The notes under the pieces were generated by a model. That model worked only from the letters and a program-made list of their open reading frames with translations, was not told where the DNA came from and searched no databases. From Raja brachyura (lineage: Eukaryota): DNA of 64,000 nt. Below are positions 35,396-48,940 of the stretch, one piece after another; positions within the stretch are counted from its first letter, which is position 1; every line of letters begins with the position of its first letter. Location: assembly GCA_963514005.1 (NCBI GenBank), contig OY740811.1, positions 31,434,001-31,498,000 of the forward strand, given 5' to 3'. A program made the translations under genes and the position numbers.

Positions 35396-38300
35396 GTAAG
35401 TGCTTCGAGCTAACCGTGGCTTTCCTAGGTGGCAATCAGTGGACAGTGAAGGGGTCTCGACCCGAAACGTCACCCATTCCTTCGCCCCATAGATGCTGCC
35501 GCACCCGCTGAGTGTCCCCAACATTTTTTTGTCTACCTTCAATTTTTCCGGCATCGGCGGTTCTTTCTTATACATTATTTAGATGGTCGACACAAAATGC
35601 TGGAGTAACTCAGCGGGTCAGACAGCATCTCTGGAGGGAAGGAATGGATGATGTTTCAGGAGTGATACAGTGTGGAAACAGGCCCTTCGGCCCAGCTTAC
35701 TGTATGTCGTTGTCACTTGCGGGCGGAGCACCAAGGCAAATTCCTTGTATGTGAATAATTGGCCAATAAACTTATTCATTCATTCAACTCGTCCTGTCCA
35801 TGTACCTGTCCAACTGTTTCTTAAACGATAGGATAATCCCAGCCTCAACTACCTCCTCTGGCAACTCGTTCCATACACTCACCACCCTCTGTGTGGAAAA
35901 AGTTACCCCTCGGATTCCTATTAAATCTTTTCCCCTTCACCTTGAATCTATGTCCTCTGGTCCTCGATTCCCCTACTCTGTGCATCTACCCGATCTATTC
36001 CTCTCATGATTTTGTCTAGCTCCATCAGATCAACCCCTCATTCTCCTATGCTCCTTCTGCATGCAACGTTAGATAATGATTCAAAGAGAAGGCCAATTTC
36101 CTTGTGAGGTACTTGGTTGATGACACGTTTCAGACAAGAAATAGCCAGCACAGGAACAGGCCCTTTGGCCCACAATGTCCGTGCTGAACATGATGCCCGG
36201 TTAAACTAACCCTCACTGCCTGTACTTGATGCATATCCCTCCACCCACTGCATATCCATGTGTCTCCACCAGCAAAGATAGACACAAAGTGCTGGACTAA
36301 CTCCGAGGGTCAGGCAGCATCTCTGGAGAAAAAAGGGTAGATTACATTTTGGGACCAGACTCTTCCCAGTCTGAAGAAGGATCCCGACCTGAAATGTCAC
36401 CCATCTTTTTTATCCAGAGATGCTGCTGGACCCGCTGAGTTACTCCAGCACTTTGTGCCTATCTTTGGTATAAACCAGCATCTGCAGTTCTTTGTTTCTA
36501 CACACTGCCTCCACCACCAATCGCAGCAGCACGGACTGGGTACACACCAGCCTCTGTGTCAAAACCTTGTCCCACACATCTCCTTTAAACTTTATCCCTC
36601 TAGCCTTAAAGCTATGCCCTCTAGTCACGGGAGGGATGTTCGGACTGCTCACACTATCTGTGACTCTCATCATTTTATATCAGGTCTCCCCTCAGCCTCC
36701 ACGTTCTTCATATATGCACTCACGTCGCGGCCTTTTAACTTTAGATTTTAGAGATACAGCGTGGAAAACAGGCCCTTCAGCCCTCTAAGTCCGCACCGAC
36801 CATCGATCACCCCATACACCAGTTCAATCCTACACACTGGAGACAATTTACAGAAGCCAATTAACGTCTTTTGAGTGTGGGAGGAAACCTGCGCAGGTCA
36901 GGGGGAGAACGTACAAACTCCGTACAGACAGCACCCGTAGTTAGGATGGAACCCGGTTCTCTGGCACTGTAAGGCTGTTGTTATACTTTGGAAGAATACT
37001 TCTCCCTAACTATAAAACTAAGAGGGTGAAATGAATTACTTTCATTAATTTCTGCAAGGAAAGGGAATTCTGGAGATGTTGGGAGTTAGTCAGTATCGTT
37101 AGTCCATTTCTTCGTCTTCTATTTTATGTAAAAACTACCATACAAAGCATGAGCTGAAAAAGTAATCGCTCCCACCAAGAAAAGCCGCTGAATACTTCAG
37201 CTAGGTGTGTCTAATGCAATACCCGGCAGGCTATTTCTTGTCTGAAACATGTCATCTACCAAGTAATTTACAAGGAAATTGGTCTTATCTTTGAATCATC
37301 AGATAGTGTTGCAAGCAGAAAGTTTTGGACTGGTTACGAACAGGAGCCCAACCTTATTGCCGCTGCCAATCTTTGCTACACCAGCCAAATTACCAGCAAT
37401 CCAGCCGCCACCTCCCTAGATCAGCCAACACAAGTGTATACATTAACTCGATCTTTGAGCTATTTAATCAGCACATCTCTACATGGTGGGGCATTACAAT
37501 GTGTGAACTCAGTTGAATTTGTTTTGCATGTTAACAGTTTCTGGTAGGTCCAGACAGCACATAAAGCTACAGTATTGCTATGGTCCTTTTTACTACCACC
37601 CCCGGATCCCATTTATTGACACAAATTGAGACCCAAAATAGTTTATTGTCACGCGTACTGAGGTACAGTGAAAAGCTTTTGTTGCGTGCTAACCAGTCAG
37701 CAGAAAGACAATACACGATTGCAATCGAGCCGTCCACAGTGTACAGATACATGATAAAGGGAATGGTCAATGTTTGACATTTAGTGCCAGATGAAGTCCA
37801 CTAAAGTCCGAGGTTGTGCAATGGGGTAGATAGCAGCTCAGAACTGCTCTCTAGTTGTTGGCAGCATGGTTCAGTTGCCAGTTGCCTGATGACAACTGGG
37901 AAGAAATGGTGGTGAATCTGGTGTCCGTTCTCTTTCCACGGTTTGTGTCCTTTATAGAGATCTCCAGGTTAAAAGTAAAGTGGATAGGTATATGGACGGG
38001 AAGGGAATGGAGGGGTGTGGTCTGAGTGCAGGTAGATGGGACTAGGGGAAAATAAATGGTCGGCACGGACTGGAAGGGCCGAGAGGTCCTGTTTCCGTGC
38101 TGTAATTGTTATATGGTTATATGTTATATGGTTACTGCTGGGGATGGGGACTCCCCCATTGTCAGAGTGAGGCCCAGCGCGAATTGGAAGAACAGCACCT
38201 TATATTTTGCTTGGGTAGTTTACACCCCTGCGGTATGAACATTCACTTCTCTAACTTCAGATAGTGCTTGCTTTCTCTCTCCATCCCCTTCCCAGTTCTC

Positions 38301-39026
38301 CCACTAGTCTTACTGTCTCTGCCTACATTCTATCTTTGTCCCGCAGCCTCCCCTAACATCAGTCTGAAGAAGGGTCTCGACCCGAAACGTCGCCCATTCC
38401 TTCTCTCCAGAGATGCTGCCTCACCCGCTGAGTCACTCCAGCATTTTGTGTCACCTTCGATTTAAACCAGCATCTGCAGTTCCTCCTTCCACATCTCCAG
38501 TTACTGCTATGTTTCCATCGTGATACATCACATTAAACATCAGGGCGTCTTGGGCTATTGATGTTCCAAGTGTTGTCTGAAGAAGGGTCTCGACCCAAAA
38601 CGTCACCTATTCCTTTTCTCCTGAGTTACTCCAGCATTGTATGTCGCTCTTCGGTGTAAACTAGCATCTGCAGTTCCTTCCTACACATTTTATCTACTAT
38701 TCTAAGATCTATGTGGGCCGAACCTTGTTGATCTCAGAATGTAGAACCAATTACTCTGGTAACTGGTGAATCAAGCATTTATTATCTGAAATACAATGAA
38801 GTACGAGGTGCGGTCAATTTAGTTTGTTTTAAATATTTCAGTTGCTTTTTCAATTTCTGGTTGACTCATGTTTCAGCAGCTCCTGCCATCCTTGTCCAGT
38901 TACAGCTGATATTTATTTTTTATCACCCTTACAATATTTAGCACACTGCAGTCAGCTAGATGTAACCTCGACCAAAGACTGACATCGTCCAATATTGTTT
39001 GTGTCTCCAGATATTACATCACAAGG

Positions 39027-39258
39027 ATGTCTCAGGCTAGGAAGGTTTCCTCGGTTTACATTAAGCTCGTTCCTCATGGGGCTACCAGTGCCCCAAAGAC
39101 ACGTGTCTCTCTGGGGGCTGCGAAGGCGGATGATCGTGGGCATGAAGAACAAGGGCCATCAACCTCCAACCCCAGGAACCCCTCCAACAGACTGGGAAAC
39201 GTGGGCCTGGTAGGAGTGGCAGGACCTACACAATCAACCTTACATTCTACGAGTGAAG
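39027..39258 (+). CDS. FBLIM1: FBLIM1 (migfilin) coding exon 1, filamin-binding motif
   Basis: MSQARKVSSVYIKLVP resembles the migfilin motif 'KRVASSVFITLAP'. Acceptor tgtctccag| at 39010; donor G|GTAAGT. Confidence 0.9.
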
Positions 39259-39984
39259 GTAAGTAGACCACTATGTACTGGTCCTCTCCATCTCTCAACA
39301 CTGTGACTTTTGCACTGTGTCAATTTTACCAAAATTCTGTGGGCATGGTTTGGAGTGGAGATACCATTACTACTGACTGATTTATGGTAGCTTGGGCTGC
39401 ATTATGACAAAAGTGCAGGTGGAAGTAAAAAGAGAGCAGGCAATGTCCAAAGTATTGAACACAAAGTGCATCAGGTCAGGCAGCATCTCTGGAGGGCACT
39501 GCAAAGCGATGTTTCGGGTCGGGACACTTCTTCAGACAACATTGCGTATGCATGTCCTCCTGAGATGCTGCCTGAGTTACTCCAGCGCTTTGTGTTCTAT
39601 GCAAGATTCTCGCATCTAGGAAGAAACAGAAGTCCGTAGGATCGTAGGCTATAGGAACAGAATTAGGCCATTTGGCCCATCAAGTCTATTCCACCATTCA
39701 ATGGTGGGTGATTTATCTTTCCTTCACAACCCCAGTCTCCTGCCTTCTCCCCATAACCCCTGTCACCCGTACAAATCAATAAACCATTGACTTGGCCTCC
39801 ACAGCTGTCTGTGGCAATGAATGAAGATGCTGGTATCTTGAACAAAGCACAATTGCTGGAAACATTCTGGAGTGCCAGAGGTTGAGGGGAGATCTGAGAG
39901 TAGTACATAAAGTTAGGAGAGGTAAGATAAGATAGACAGTCGGTCCCTTTTTCCCAGGGTGGAACTCTACATCGGTGATACAGG

Positions 39985-40590
39985 ATGCTCTACATCAGTG
40001 AGACCAAGCGCAGGCTCGGCGATCGCTTCGCCCAACACCTCCGCTCAGTTCGCATTAACCAACCTGATCTCCTGGTGGCTCAGCATTTCAACTCCCCCTC
40101 CCATTCCGAATCCGACCTTTCTGTCCTGGGCCTCCTCCATGGCCAGAGTGAGGCCCACTGCAAATTGGAGGAGCAGCACCTCATATTTCGCTTGTTTAAA
40201 AGTCTGAAGAAGGGTCTCGACCCGAAACGTCACCTATTCCTTCGTTCCATAGATGCTGTCTCATCCGCTGAGTTTCTCCAGCATTTTTTTCTACCCTCAT
40301 ATTTTGCTTGGGTAGTTTACACCCCAGCAGTATGAACATTGACTTCTCTAATTTCAGGTAGTCCTTGCTTTCTCCCTCCTTACCCTCCCCTTCCCAGCTC
40401 TCCCACAGCCCACTGTCTCCGCCTCTTCCTTTCTTCTTCCCGCTCCCCCCCCCCCACATCAGTCTGAAGAAGGGCCTCCACCCGAAACGTCAGCTATTCC
40501 TTCGCTCCATAGACGCTGCCTCACCCGCTGAGTTTCTCCAGCATTTTTGTCCACCTTCGATATTTCCAGCATCTGCAGTTCTTTTTTAAA
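39985..40590 (+). mobile_element. Penelope-like element 3' part: GIY-YIG endonuclease remnant plus terminal repeat (pLTR)
   Basis: LYISETKRRLGDRFAQHLRSV...VAQHFNSPSHS...LEEQHLIFRL followed by the CTGAAGAAGGG...GAAACGTC terminal repeat. Shorter equivalents at about 6790-6905, 38155-38490 and 62135-62400. Confidence 0.88.
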
Positions 40591-40770
40591 CACTAATAGC
40601 AATTGTTGATCTCTTGAACTTAATTTTTTTCTAGCCAGCTGGACTCACAAACTCTAATCATTGGGATCACTGTCTGGGAATGATCTACTGTATCTATTGG
40701 AGAAGTGTATCACTGTGTTGGATGGAGGTGTACTGGTCTTGGCAACGTCTCCACTCTTTTCTGTCTGCAG

Positions 40771-40952
40771 ATTACCTCCCACCTCCCCCTCCTCCCGCTC
40801 CAGAAAACGCAAGAGATGTTTTTCACCCAAGTGAGCTGCCACTTCCCCCTCCTCCACCACCTCTATCGTATGAGGAGACGATTTCACCTCTGAATTCTTC
40901 CAAGCACGCCAAGGTGCTGCAATCCAACGGTGGAGCAGGCTTCAAACAGCAG
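40771..40952 (+). CDS. FBLIM1: FBLIM1 coding exon 2, proline-rich region
   Basis: ctgtctgcag| ... CAG|GTAGTT; (D)YLPPPPPPAP...LPLPPPPPP; phase 1 to 0, consistent. Confidence 0.88.
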
Positions 40953-41588
40953 GTAGTTTGTTTTATTCTCTCCATCCCTTTTGTCCTATAAATGTTGTAT
41001 CTCACTGTGGTACGGGGATGAGAACAGAGGAGGACCCTGTGTGGGGGAACCGCCGTGGGGGGGGGGGGGGGGGTTAGAATAAAGGAAGGCCCTGTGTGGT
41101 GGAACTACCATGAGGGGGGGGGAGGCAGGGATGAACATCTAAACTAATCACCACTGCCTGCACTTGATCCATATCCATGTGTCTCCACCACCAAAGATAG
41201 ACACAGGGTGCTGGAGTAACTCAGCGGGTCAGGCAGCATCTCTGGAGACAAAAAGAGAACGGTAGGGCCACAAATGGAACGTGTTAAAAATGGTTTGGGT
41301 AAAATTGAATTCTTTGTAACTTTTGTCGGTGCCCTTTATGTGCCGACACTTTGCATACCTCGGGTAAGCAAAACAAAGAACACCACGTGTGATGAGAAAG
41401 GATCATTCACTCATTCAGGTAGGAATCTCAGCAGCCTTACAAACCTTCCATGTGTTGGATGTCGAGGAAAATTGTGCCATGTCCAATCTTAATTTTTCAG
41501 TCATCGGTTGAAAGAAAAAAACAGAAACCGAGATTGAAATAAATTCTCTGTTGTACTTTTTTAAAAACTACAATTCCTTCTTAACCAG

Positions 41589-41709
41589 GAACTGCCTCCT
41601 CCCCCTGAATTTGAGAAAAACAGCATTCCGTCTGCAGGAATCAAACTGGAAAATCCATTGCCTAAGGCAGTGAACAATAAGTTGAATGGATCTCCAGATT
41701 CCAGGGCAG
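41589..41709 (+). CDS. FBLIM1: FBLIM1 coding exon 3
   Basis: ttcttaaccag| ... G|GTAGGT; ELPPPPEFEK...PDSRA; phase 0 to 1 links exons 2 and 4. Confidence 0.85.
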
Positions 41710-42658
41710 GTAGGTGGGAGGGTGTTACTTAATAAACTGCAGAACGGATTCACAAATATCCTGGTCTCCCAGAGCATAACTGTGGATATTGCACGTTGCA
41801 TGAAAATTAAAATCATCTGCTTGCTATCATTTTTCTGCATTTTTATCACCTGGTAGTATGTATTACATATGAATAACCATAACAGTTTCCAGCCAACACC
41901 AAAAAAACATTATTATTAATTAATTGGCTGTATTTGATAAGAGTTGCATTGAATCTTATGGGAAGCATGGATAAACATCACTGAAGTGTATTTATAATGG
42001 GCCTGTACCCACCTATGCGACTTTTTCGGCGACTGCCGGCACCCATCACAGGTCATTGCAGGTCGCAGAAAATTTTCAACATTTCCCAACGGCGACCAGA
42101 AAGACGCTACGACTCTTTGGCGACCGAGGAGACTACTCACTACCGTACAGACGACACTCCGGCGACATGTCGCGGGGTGAAGCCTGTATGGTCATGAGTA
42201 GTCGCCCAAAGAGTCGTACCTTGTTCTGGTCGCCGCTTTTCAACATCGCCGGGTTTTCAACATGTTTCCTCCCACACTCCAAAGATGTACAGGCTTGTAG
42301 GTTAATTGGCTTCTGTAAAGTTCTGTAAATTGTCCCTAGTGTGTAGGATAGTGCTAGTGTACGGGGTGATCGCTGGTCAGCTTGGACTCCGTGGGCCAAA
42401 GGGGCTGTTTCCACACTGCACTCTAAAGTCCAAAGTAAAGTTTCCCTACTGAGAATTGTAGGGATATTGGTATCTGTTGTAATCTAAGAATTTTGACCTG
42501 GAATTGAAATGCTAGTCTCATAGTTTCAGTAAAACAGCGATGAATTAGTCTGTGTAATAATTCTGGCCTGGTTCAAATATACTAATCAGAGACCTGGATA
42601 CACTGATGTGCATGAGATTCTGGGAAGCTAAGATCTTGTTTTTTTTTCTCTCTCTTAG

Positions 42659-42828
42659 ATATCTGTGCATTTTGCAACCAACTGATTCTTCCAACCACTC
42701 CCGCTCTTGAAGCCATGGACAAAATGTTCCATGAGAATTGCCTGAAGTGTAGAAAATGTAGCTGCAAATTGGTGGGCAAAACCTATTATAATCTAGGCGG
42801 CGATCCTCATTGTGATTCCTGCTACCAG
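42659..42828 (+). CDS. FBLIM1: FBLIM1 coding exon 4, LIM1
   Basis: (D)ICAFCNQLI...AMDKMFHENCLKCRKCSCKL...PHCDSCYQ; 170 nt; canonical splice sites. Confidence 0.96.
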
Positions 42829-43581
42829 GTACAGCAACCGTTTCTTTTTATAAAGTTCTTCATACGGTCATAAGTGATAGGAGCAGAATTAGGCCATTCG
42901 GCCCATCATATCAGTGTGGTTTACTTAATGAAAAGTAGATAAAAGCAATTTAATGGAGACCCAACTAAGTTGTCGCATCCAAAATGGTGCCGGCACATGG
43001 TGACTCTTTGTGTGCTGTTACTAGAGGAGAATCTACTATCCCCCAATTATACAATCTCTCCAGTCTTTTAAATCTTTTTGGGGGGCATGGTGGCACAGCG
43101 GTAGAGTTTCTGCCCTACAGCACCAGAGACCCAGGTTCGATCCTGATTACAGGTGCCGTCTGTACAGAATTTGTACATTCTCTCCGAACGCTGTATCTCT
43201 AAACTAAACTAAACTAAACTTTTTTTTCTAACTGCAGATCAAGACCTATTATACATGGGTTCGGCTCGATTGTATTCATGTATTTTATCATCTGATTTGA
43301 CAGGGTGGGAGATTGCAACCTTCACATGGTCCGCCCTGTTTCAACGAATGCAATCAAACCGGCGTGCACAATCAAATAAGATCAAATAGAACGAGTTGTC
43401 CTTCAACTTTAGGCTGTGCACGCCATACACAAGAAGATCTGATTTGATAGCAGACAAAACTACTGCACCTCAATAGACGTGACAATAAATCTAAACCTAA
43501 TGTGAACAATATGACAGTTCCTACTACTTTCAGCTGCAGTGAACATGTTAACTACAATTTCCATTCTCTGTTAAATTGCAG

Positions 43582-43760
43582 GACACCTTGGAGAAGTGTG
43601 GAAAATGCAATAACGCCATAAAGAGTCAGATTATTAGAGCTACGGGCAAGGCTTTCCACCCTGAGTGTTTTATATGCATTGTCTGTCATCGGCCTATTGG
43701 AACAGAACGCTTTGGAGTGAACAATGCAGGGGAGGTTCACTGCCTCGAAGACTTCCAGAG
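43582..43760 (+). CDS. FBLIM1: FBLIM1 coding exon 5, LIM2
   Basis: DTLEKCGKC...IIRATGKAFHPECFICIVC...VHCLEDFQ(R); 179 nt. Confidence 0.96.
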
Positions 43761-43984
43761 GTATAATTCCTACATTTCTAGGCAAAGCAACACTGAAAAT
43801 ATCAAGTTTTGGCAAAAGGTTAGCTTGTGTGCTGATTCATAGTTCTAAATTAGACCAAGAGCTACTGTACCTGGGGCAACACAAAATCATTAAAAATCTC
43901 TAAAACGCTCTCTAATTCATAAGGTTATCCAAAACATTATGTTCTGCAGTGTGTAGGAAGGAACTACAGATGCTGGTTTATAAC

Positions 43985-44512
43985 AGGGGGCGCCGTCCAG
44001 TTGGTATGGCTGCCCAGCCTGCAGCTGTCTGTCTTTTTTTTATTTTTAGTGTGTAAAAAGTGTTTAGTTTGGAGTCTATTCTTTTTTATGGGGGGGGAAG
44101 GGGGAAACTGCTTTTCCTGGTCCCTACCTGGTCGGAGAGACAGCTTTTCTCCGGGCTGCATCTTCGACCTGTCCTCGCGGCCTACCAGCGGTCCTGGAGC
44201 GGCGTTTCTTGATGAGACCGGCCAGAACCTCTGCTTCGGCGACAGCTTGGGACAACTGGAACGGCCGCTGGAGCGCCATCGCGGGCGATGCCTTACCTGG
44301 GTTGCCGCGCTGGAGCTCCAGTGAGCTGAAGACCGCCGACAAAAAACATCGCGGAGCTGAGGGACTGTGGAGCGGCCAGCTGCAGGCGGCGGCACTGAAC
44401 TTTACATCGGGAGCTTCCATCCCAATGTGTCTTATCTTTATTTGTGTGCTGCATGGCAAATCAAATTTCACTACACCAATTGGTGTACGTGACAATAAAT
44501 GTCCTTTGTACT
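43985..44512 (+). mobile_element. Non-autonomous retroelement with Rex1-like tail hairpin
   Basis: Starts GGGGGCGCC...ATGGCTGCC and ends TTTCACTACACCAATTGGTGTACGTGACAATAAATGTCCTTTGT. Inserted into a Penelope-type arm. A related inverted copy lies at about 47861-48635. Confidence 0.65.
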
Positions 44513-46263
44513 GAAGATAGACACAAATTGCTGGAGTAATACGGTGGGTCAGGCAGCATCTCTGGAGAAAAGGAGTGTGACGTTTCGAGTCGGAACACTT
44601 CAGATTTCAGTCTTCATTCGGAAGATGGGCTCCGACCTGAAACGCCACCTATTCCTTTTCTCCATAGATGCTGAACCGCTGAGTTACTCCAGTATTTTGT
44701 GTCTATCTTGTATGCTATGGTACTGGTCTCAGCATCTCCACTCATAGCATTTATCAGCTAAGGTAGAATTTAGCAGGGTAGCATTTAGGATAGATGGTAG
44801 CAGGGTGGCAAAGTTAGTTTCAATGCTCCTGGGCCAGGATGGAAAAACTTCAATGATTTCTGCTGGAACGTGAATGGCAATGAATGAGGACTGGAGCAGG
44901 CTCTGTTCTGAAGTGCTCATTCCTCCAGTAGTACTGCATTGTTAGCCCATCACTGTAACTATTTATTTATAAAATGCATTCAACTTCCTCTTGCTGCTAT
45001 TGCCAGACCATTTCAGGTATTGGTCTCTTGCCATGTGAAAATAACTCGTAGCTCTTTACGGAGAAGTATGAAGAAATTTCCGATACTTGCCATTTCTGAC
45101 CAATAAAACATTTAGTTCACTTTAGAGCCTGGAAACAGGGCCTTCAGCCCAATGAGTCTGCGCCGACCAGTAATCAGAGACAATTTACATTTATACCAAG
45201 CCAATTAACCGACAAACCTGCACATCTTCGGAATGTTAGAGGAAACCAGAGCACCCGGAGAAAACCCACGTGGTCACAGGAAGAACGTACAAACTCCATA
45301 TAGACAGCATGCAGTCAGACCCAGAACCTGGGTCTCTAGTGCTGTAATGCAGTGGCTCTACCAAAGCCTTTAAGTTGTTGAAGAAACTTGAGTGGTAAAA
45401 TAAGAAAAAAAATTCCCATTTAATAATTATGATAATAAATGTAATATCCATATTTAACTTCTTGTCATTCAAGGCAACACAAATGTTGCCAGTTTTCATC
45501 AGGAGTTGGGTGCAAAGTTGCAGGTCCATTTTCCATCAGCTTGTGGCACTGTTGTACATTGAAACTGCTTTGCAGACTACATAGAGATGTGGATCACAAA
45601 ATGCAATTTATTATTAATAAAAAGCTTTTAATGCATAACTTTATGATCAAATTGTCTACACATTGGACGGATCATTCATGTCTTTCAATATTCAATTAGG
45701 ATCCACAAAAATAACAGGAAATAGATAATGCTAAATAGCATGTGGATTGAGTGTTTTTGAGAAGGTAAAAGAAAATAGATGAAGGCAGAGCAGTTGACAC
45801 AGTTTACAAGGACTTTAATACATTTTCACCAGGTCCCACATGGTAGGCTGGTCTAGAAAGTTAAGACACAAAGGAACCATGCAAGGTGTGTTGGCAAACT
45901 GGATGTCAAATTGCTTGGGTGAAACATGACAGATGATAATGGTGGATGGAAATTTCACTGGAAGTGTCCAACAGTTGGTGTGAAATATGAGGTGTGCATG
46001 TGGCATCACTCTAGCAATGAAGGGGGCCCAGAACAGAAAGGTCAGTTTGGAAATGGGGAGTTAAACTGGGAGATCCAGTAGACCGAGCATAGGTGTTCAG
46101 CGAAGTGGTCACCACGCCTCTGCAGACTCCACCATTTTGCGCCTATCTTTGGTATGTACCAATGTCTGTAGTTCCTTTTTATTTCATTTGAATTTTACAA
46201 CATTATGTAAATAATTTTTGCCAAGGCACACGTGTTTACAGAGAATTGTTTCATGTGTTTCAG

Positions 46264-46384
46264 GGGATATGCCCCGCAGTGCTGTGTCTGTAAAATGCCG
46301 ATCATGCCAGAAAGTGGAAAGAAAGAGTGTATCAACATCGAACTCTTTGGGCTCCGTTTCCACGTGAACTGTTACAAATGCGAG
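46264..46384 (+). CDS. FBLIM1: FBLIM1 coding exon 6, LIM3 first half
   Basis: GYAPQCCVCKMPIMPESGKKECINIELFGLRFHVNCYKCE|GTGAGG; 121 nt. Confidence 0.95.
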
Positions 46385-47805
46385 GTGAGGCCTGATATAT
46401 GGAGAAATGTCATTATTTCACTCAGATGATGGCTGTTTGTCGTGGTATATATTCAGATTTTATAGTTCTATTTATGTCAAAGAGTGACTGAAATGTTGAG
46501 ATTACTAAGGTCTCGGGTTTGATTTCCTGGAACAGTTATAGGAAGCACTATACCTGATCATCAAGACTCTTGAGTTAGAAAGGGAACGATTGAGACGATA
46601 GCCTCTTCTATGGTTATCCAGTGATTTACCATGCCTTTAGTACCCCCCATTTAACATATGGTACATCTTCCCAAACTTTCTGCCTAATTGTGTCACGTCA
46701 CACTTGTTGGTAGTGAATTCACTTTCCACCTGTCCTCTCCCGTCAGCCAAGTTAAGTTTTCGAGCAATATTTACTCAGCCATTCCCTATAACTATGTCAT
46801 GGGAGCTACTGAACCTCTATAACAATTGTATCATTCTTTTTAGATTTCCATGTTTCCTTTGCCAGATTTACAGTGGACAATCTGAATACCCCTTTTAGAA
46901 GGTAGACAAAAATGCTGGAGAAACTCAGCGGGGTGAGGCAGCATCTACGGAGCGAAGGAAGTAGGCGACGTTTCGGGTCTCGAGTTTCTCCAGCATTTTT
47001 GTCTACCTTCAATTTCCCAGCATCTGCAGTTCTTTCTTAAACAAACCCCTTTTAGAAAATCAGTTGAATGCTGGGTGTAGATCATGTTGGAAATGGTGAG
47101 CTCTAATTGAGAACGTTTATTCAGATGGACCTATTACACTAATTGAAAAGGGTACGTTTGGTGTCCTGGTCAACATATCTTGTTCAATAATGGCAACAGA
47201 AAGCGACCGACAGGTTACCGAACTCATAATGTTTGAGGAGTGTTGCCGATATGTTTTCCTCTAAACCAAGTTACATTCTTCAAAGCAAGTCATTGTACAT
47301 GAAATATTATGCAACATCATGGAAACTTGTAACTCACTCTCACAGCATTTGAACATTGCTACAACTTTGATGTACATGTTCTTGTGGATATGTAATCTAA
47401 ACTCAAAAAATCAGTTGTATGTACTGAGAAACCTGGCAGAATGATGTCAGGATGACACGATCTAATGTAGATTCAACCAAACAACAAGAGCTCAAAGTGC
47501 AAAAGATTGGAAGAACTCTTTTTGAGTAAACAGTATGTGTTGTATTAAGTCACGCTGACCAGATAAGTCCAACATTGTATATTCAGTTTGTGTAGTTAGA
47601 TCAGGTGTTTCTGTCAACCAACATCAATGAAATAGATTCCGGCCATTTCCACGTAACCACTTGTCCTGGTTTGCAGTTTGTTTCTATATTTCCCAATTGT
47701 GAACTAAGGTCCAACGTACTTAATTGATCAAACACATTGGGATATCTTAAAGGTTGTGAAAGTTACAGCCTTTCTGGCTGCTCATTGTGCCTGAGAAAGT
47801 GCTAT

Positions 47806-48940
47806 TGTGGTGGCAGCCGGTGATTGGGCCACTTGCTATACGAACCCTCAGCAGTCGGGGGACAAAGGACAAAGGACATTTATTATCACATACACCAATT
47901 GGTGTAGTGAAATTTGACTTGCCATTGCAGCACACAAATAAAGATAAGACACAAGATCAAAGAATGTAACTATACACATAAAAACATCCCCCCACAATGG
48001 TTCCCACTGTGGGGGAAGGCAGCAAAGTCCAGTCCCGTCCCCTGTTCACCCATAATCGGGCCTATTGAGGCCTCTGCAGTCGCCGCTACGGCAGCCCGAT
48101 GCTTCAGGCCCTCTCGCCGGATGATGAAGCTCTGGCGTCGGGTGAACACTCTCAATGGCTCGGAGTGTCTGGAGCGGCCGCTTCCTCCCCGGAGGCCACG
48201 GCATGAGATCCCAGGCTCCGCAGCGTTTAAACTCAGCACCGCCCGCGGCTGGAAGCTCCACAGACTGCAGCTCCGTGATGTTGGAGTCGGCGGTCCCAGC
48301 CCTCCGGAGCCTACCGCATGGCGATCCGGGTAAGGCATTGCCCGCTCCACGATGGTGCCTCAGCGCCGAGCCGCCGCCGAAGCTGAAGTCCCGGCAGAAA
48401 AATGCCACTCCAGACTGCCCGTAGGCCGCAAGGACGGGGCGAAAACACGGCTCAGAGAAAGGCTGCATCTCCGACCAGGTAGGGACTGAGATAAATAGTT
48501 TCCCCCTTCCCCCCCCCCCCACATAAAAAGACTAAAAGATCTCCAAAACAAACACTTTTAACTCACTAAAAATTTAAAAAAGGGTGAAAAGACTAACAGC
48601 TGCTGGAAGGGCAGCCATACTCGACCACGCCCCCTACTTAGGGTAGGGTCACGTGACTGGGCAATGGCAGGGATGGGTGTCGGGTTGTGTCCTAGCATAT
48701 ATAACAAACCCTGGGTCAACCCTCTCTCTCTTCCCTCTCTCACTTCGAGCTGACAAGCTCTCTTCTCTCTTCGGGTGAGTGTCCTGCCACCTCAGCACGA
48801 GCTCAACTTGAGTCCACGAGGCAGCAGCAACACTGACTTTGTGTTACTGGAATAAACGTGCATGTATATCTACCTACAATGCCTGAATTTAAAAAACGTT
48901 TATTCACGACGTTTGGTGCCTCTACATTGGTGACCCCGAC
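47806..48940 (+). mobile_element. LTR (TG...CA) interrupted by a SINE-like insert and followed by a tRNA-Trp-type primer-binding site
   Basis: Starts TGTGG at 47806; TATATAA near 48688; AATAAA at 48851; ends CTACA at 48926; TGGTGACCCCGAC at 48928-48940. Confidence 0.72.
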
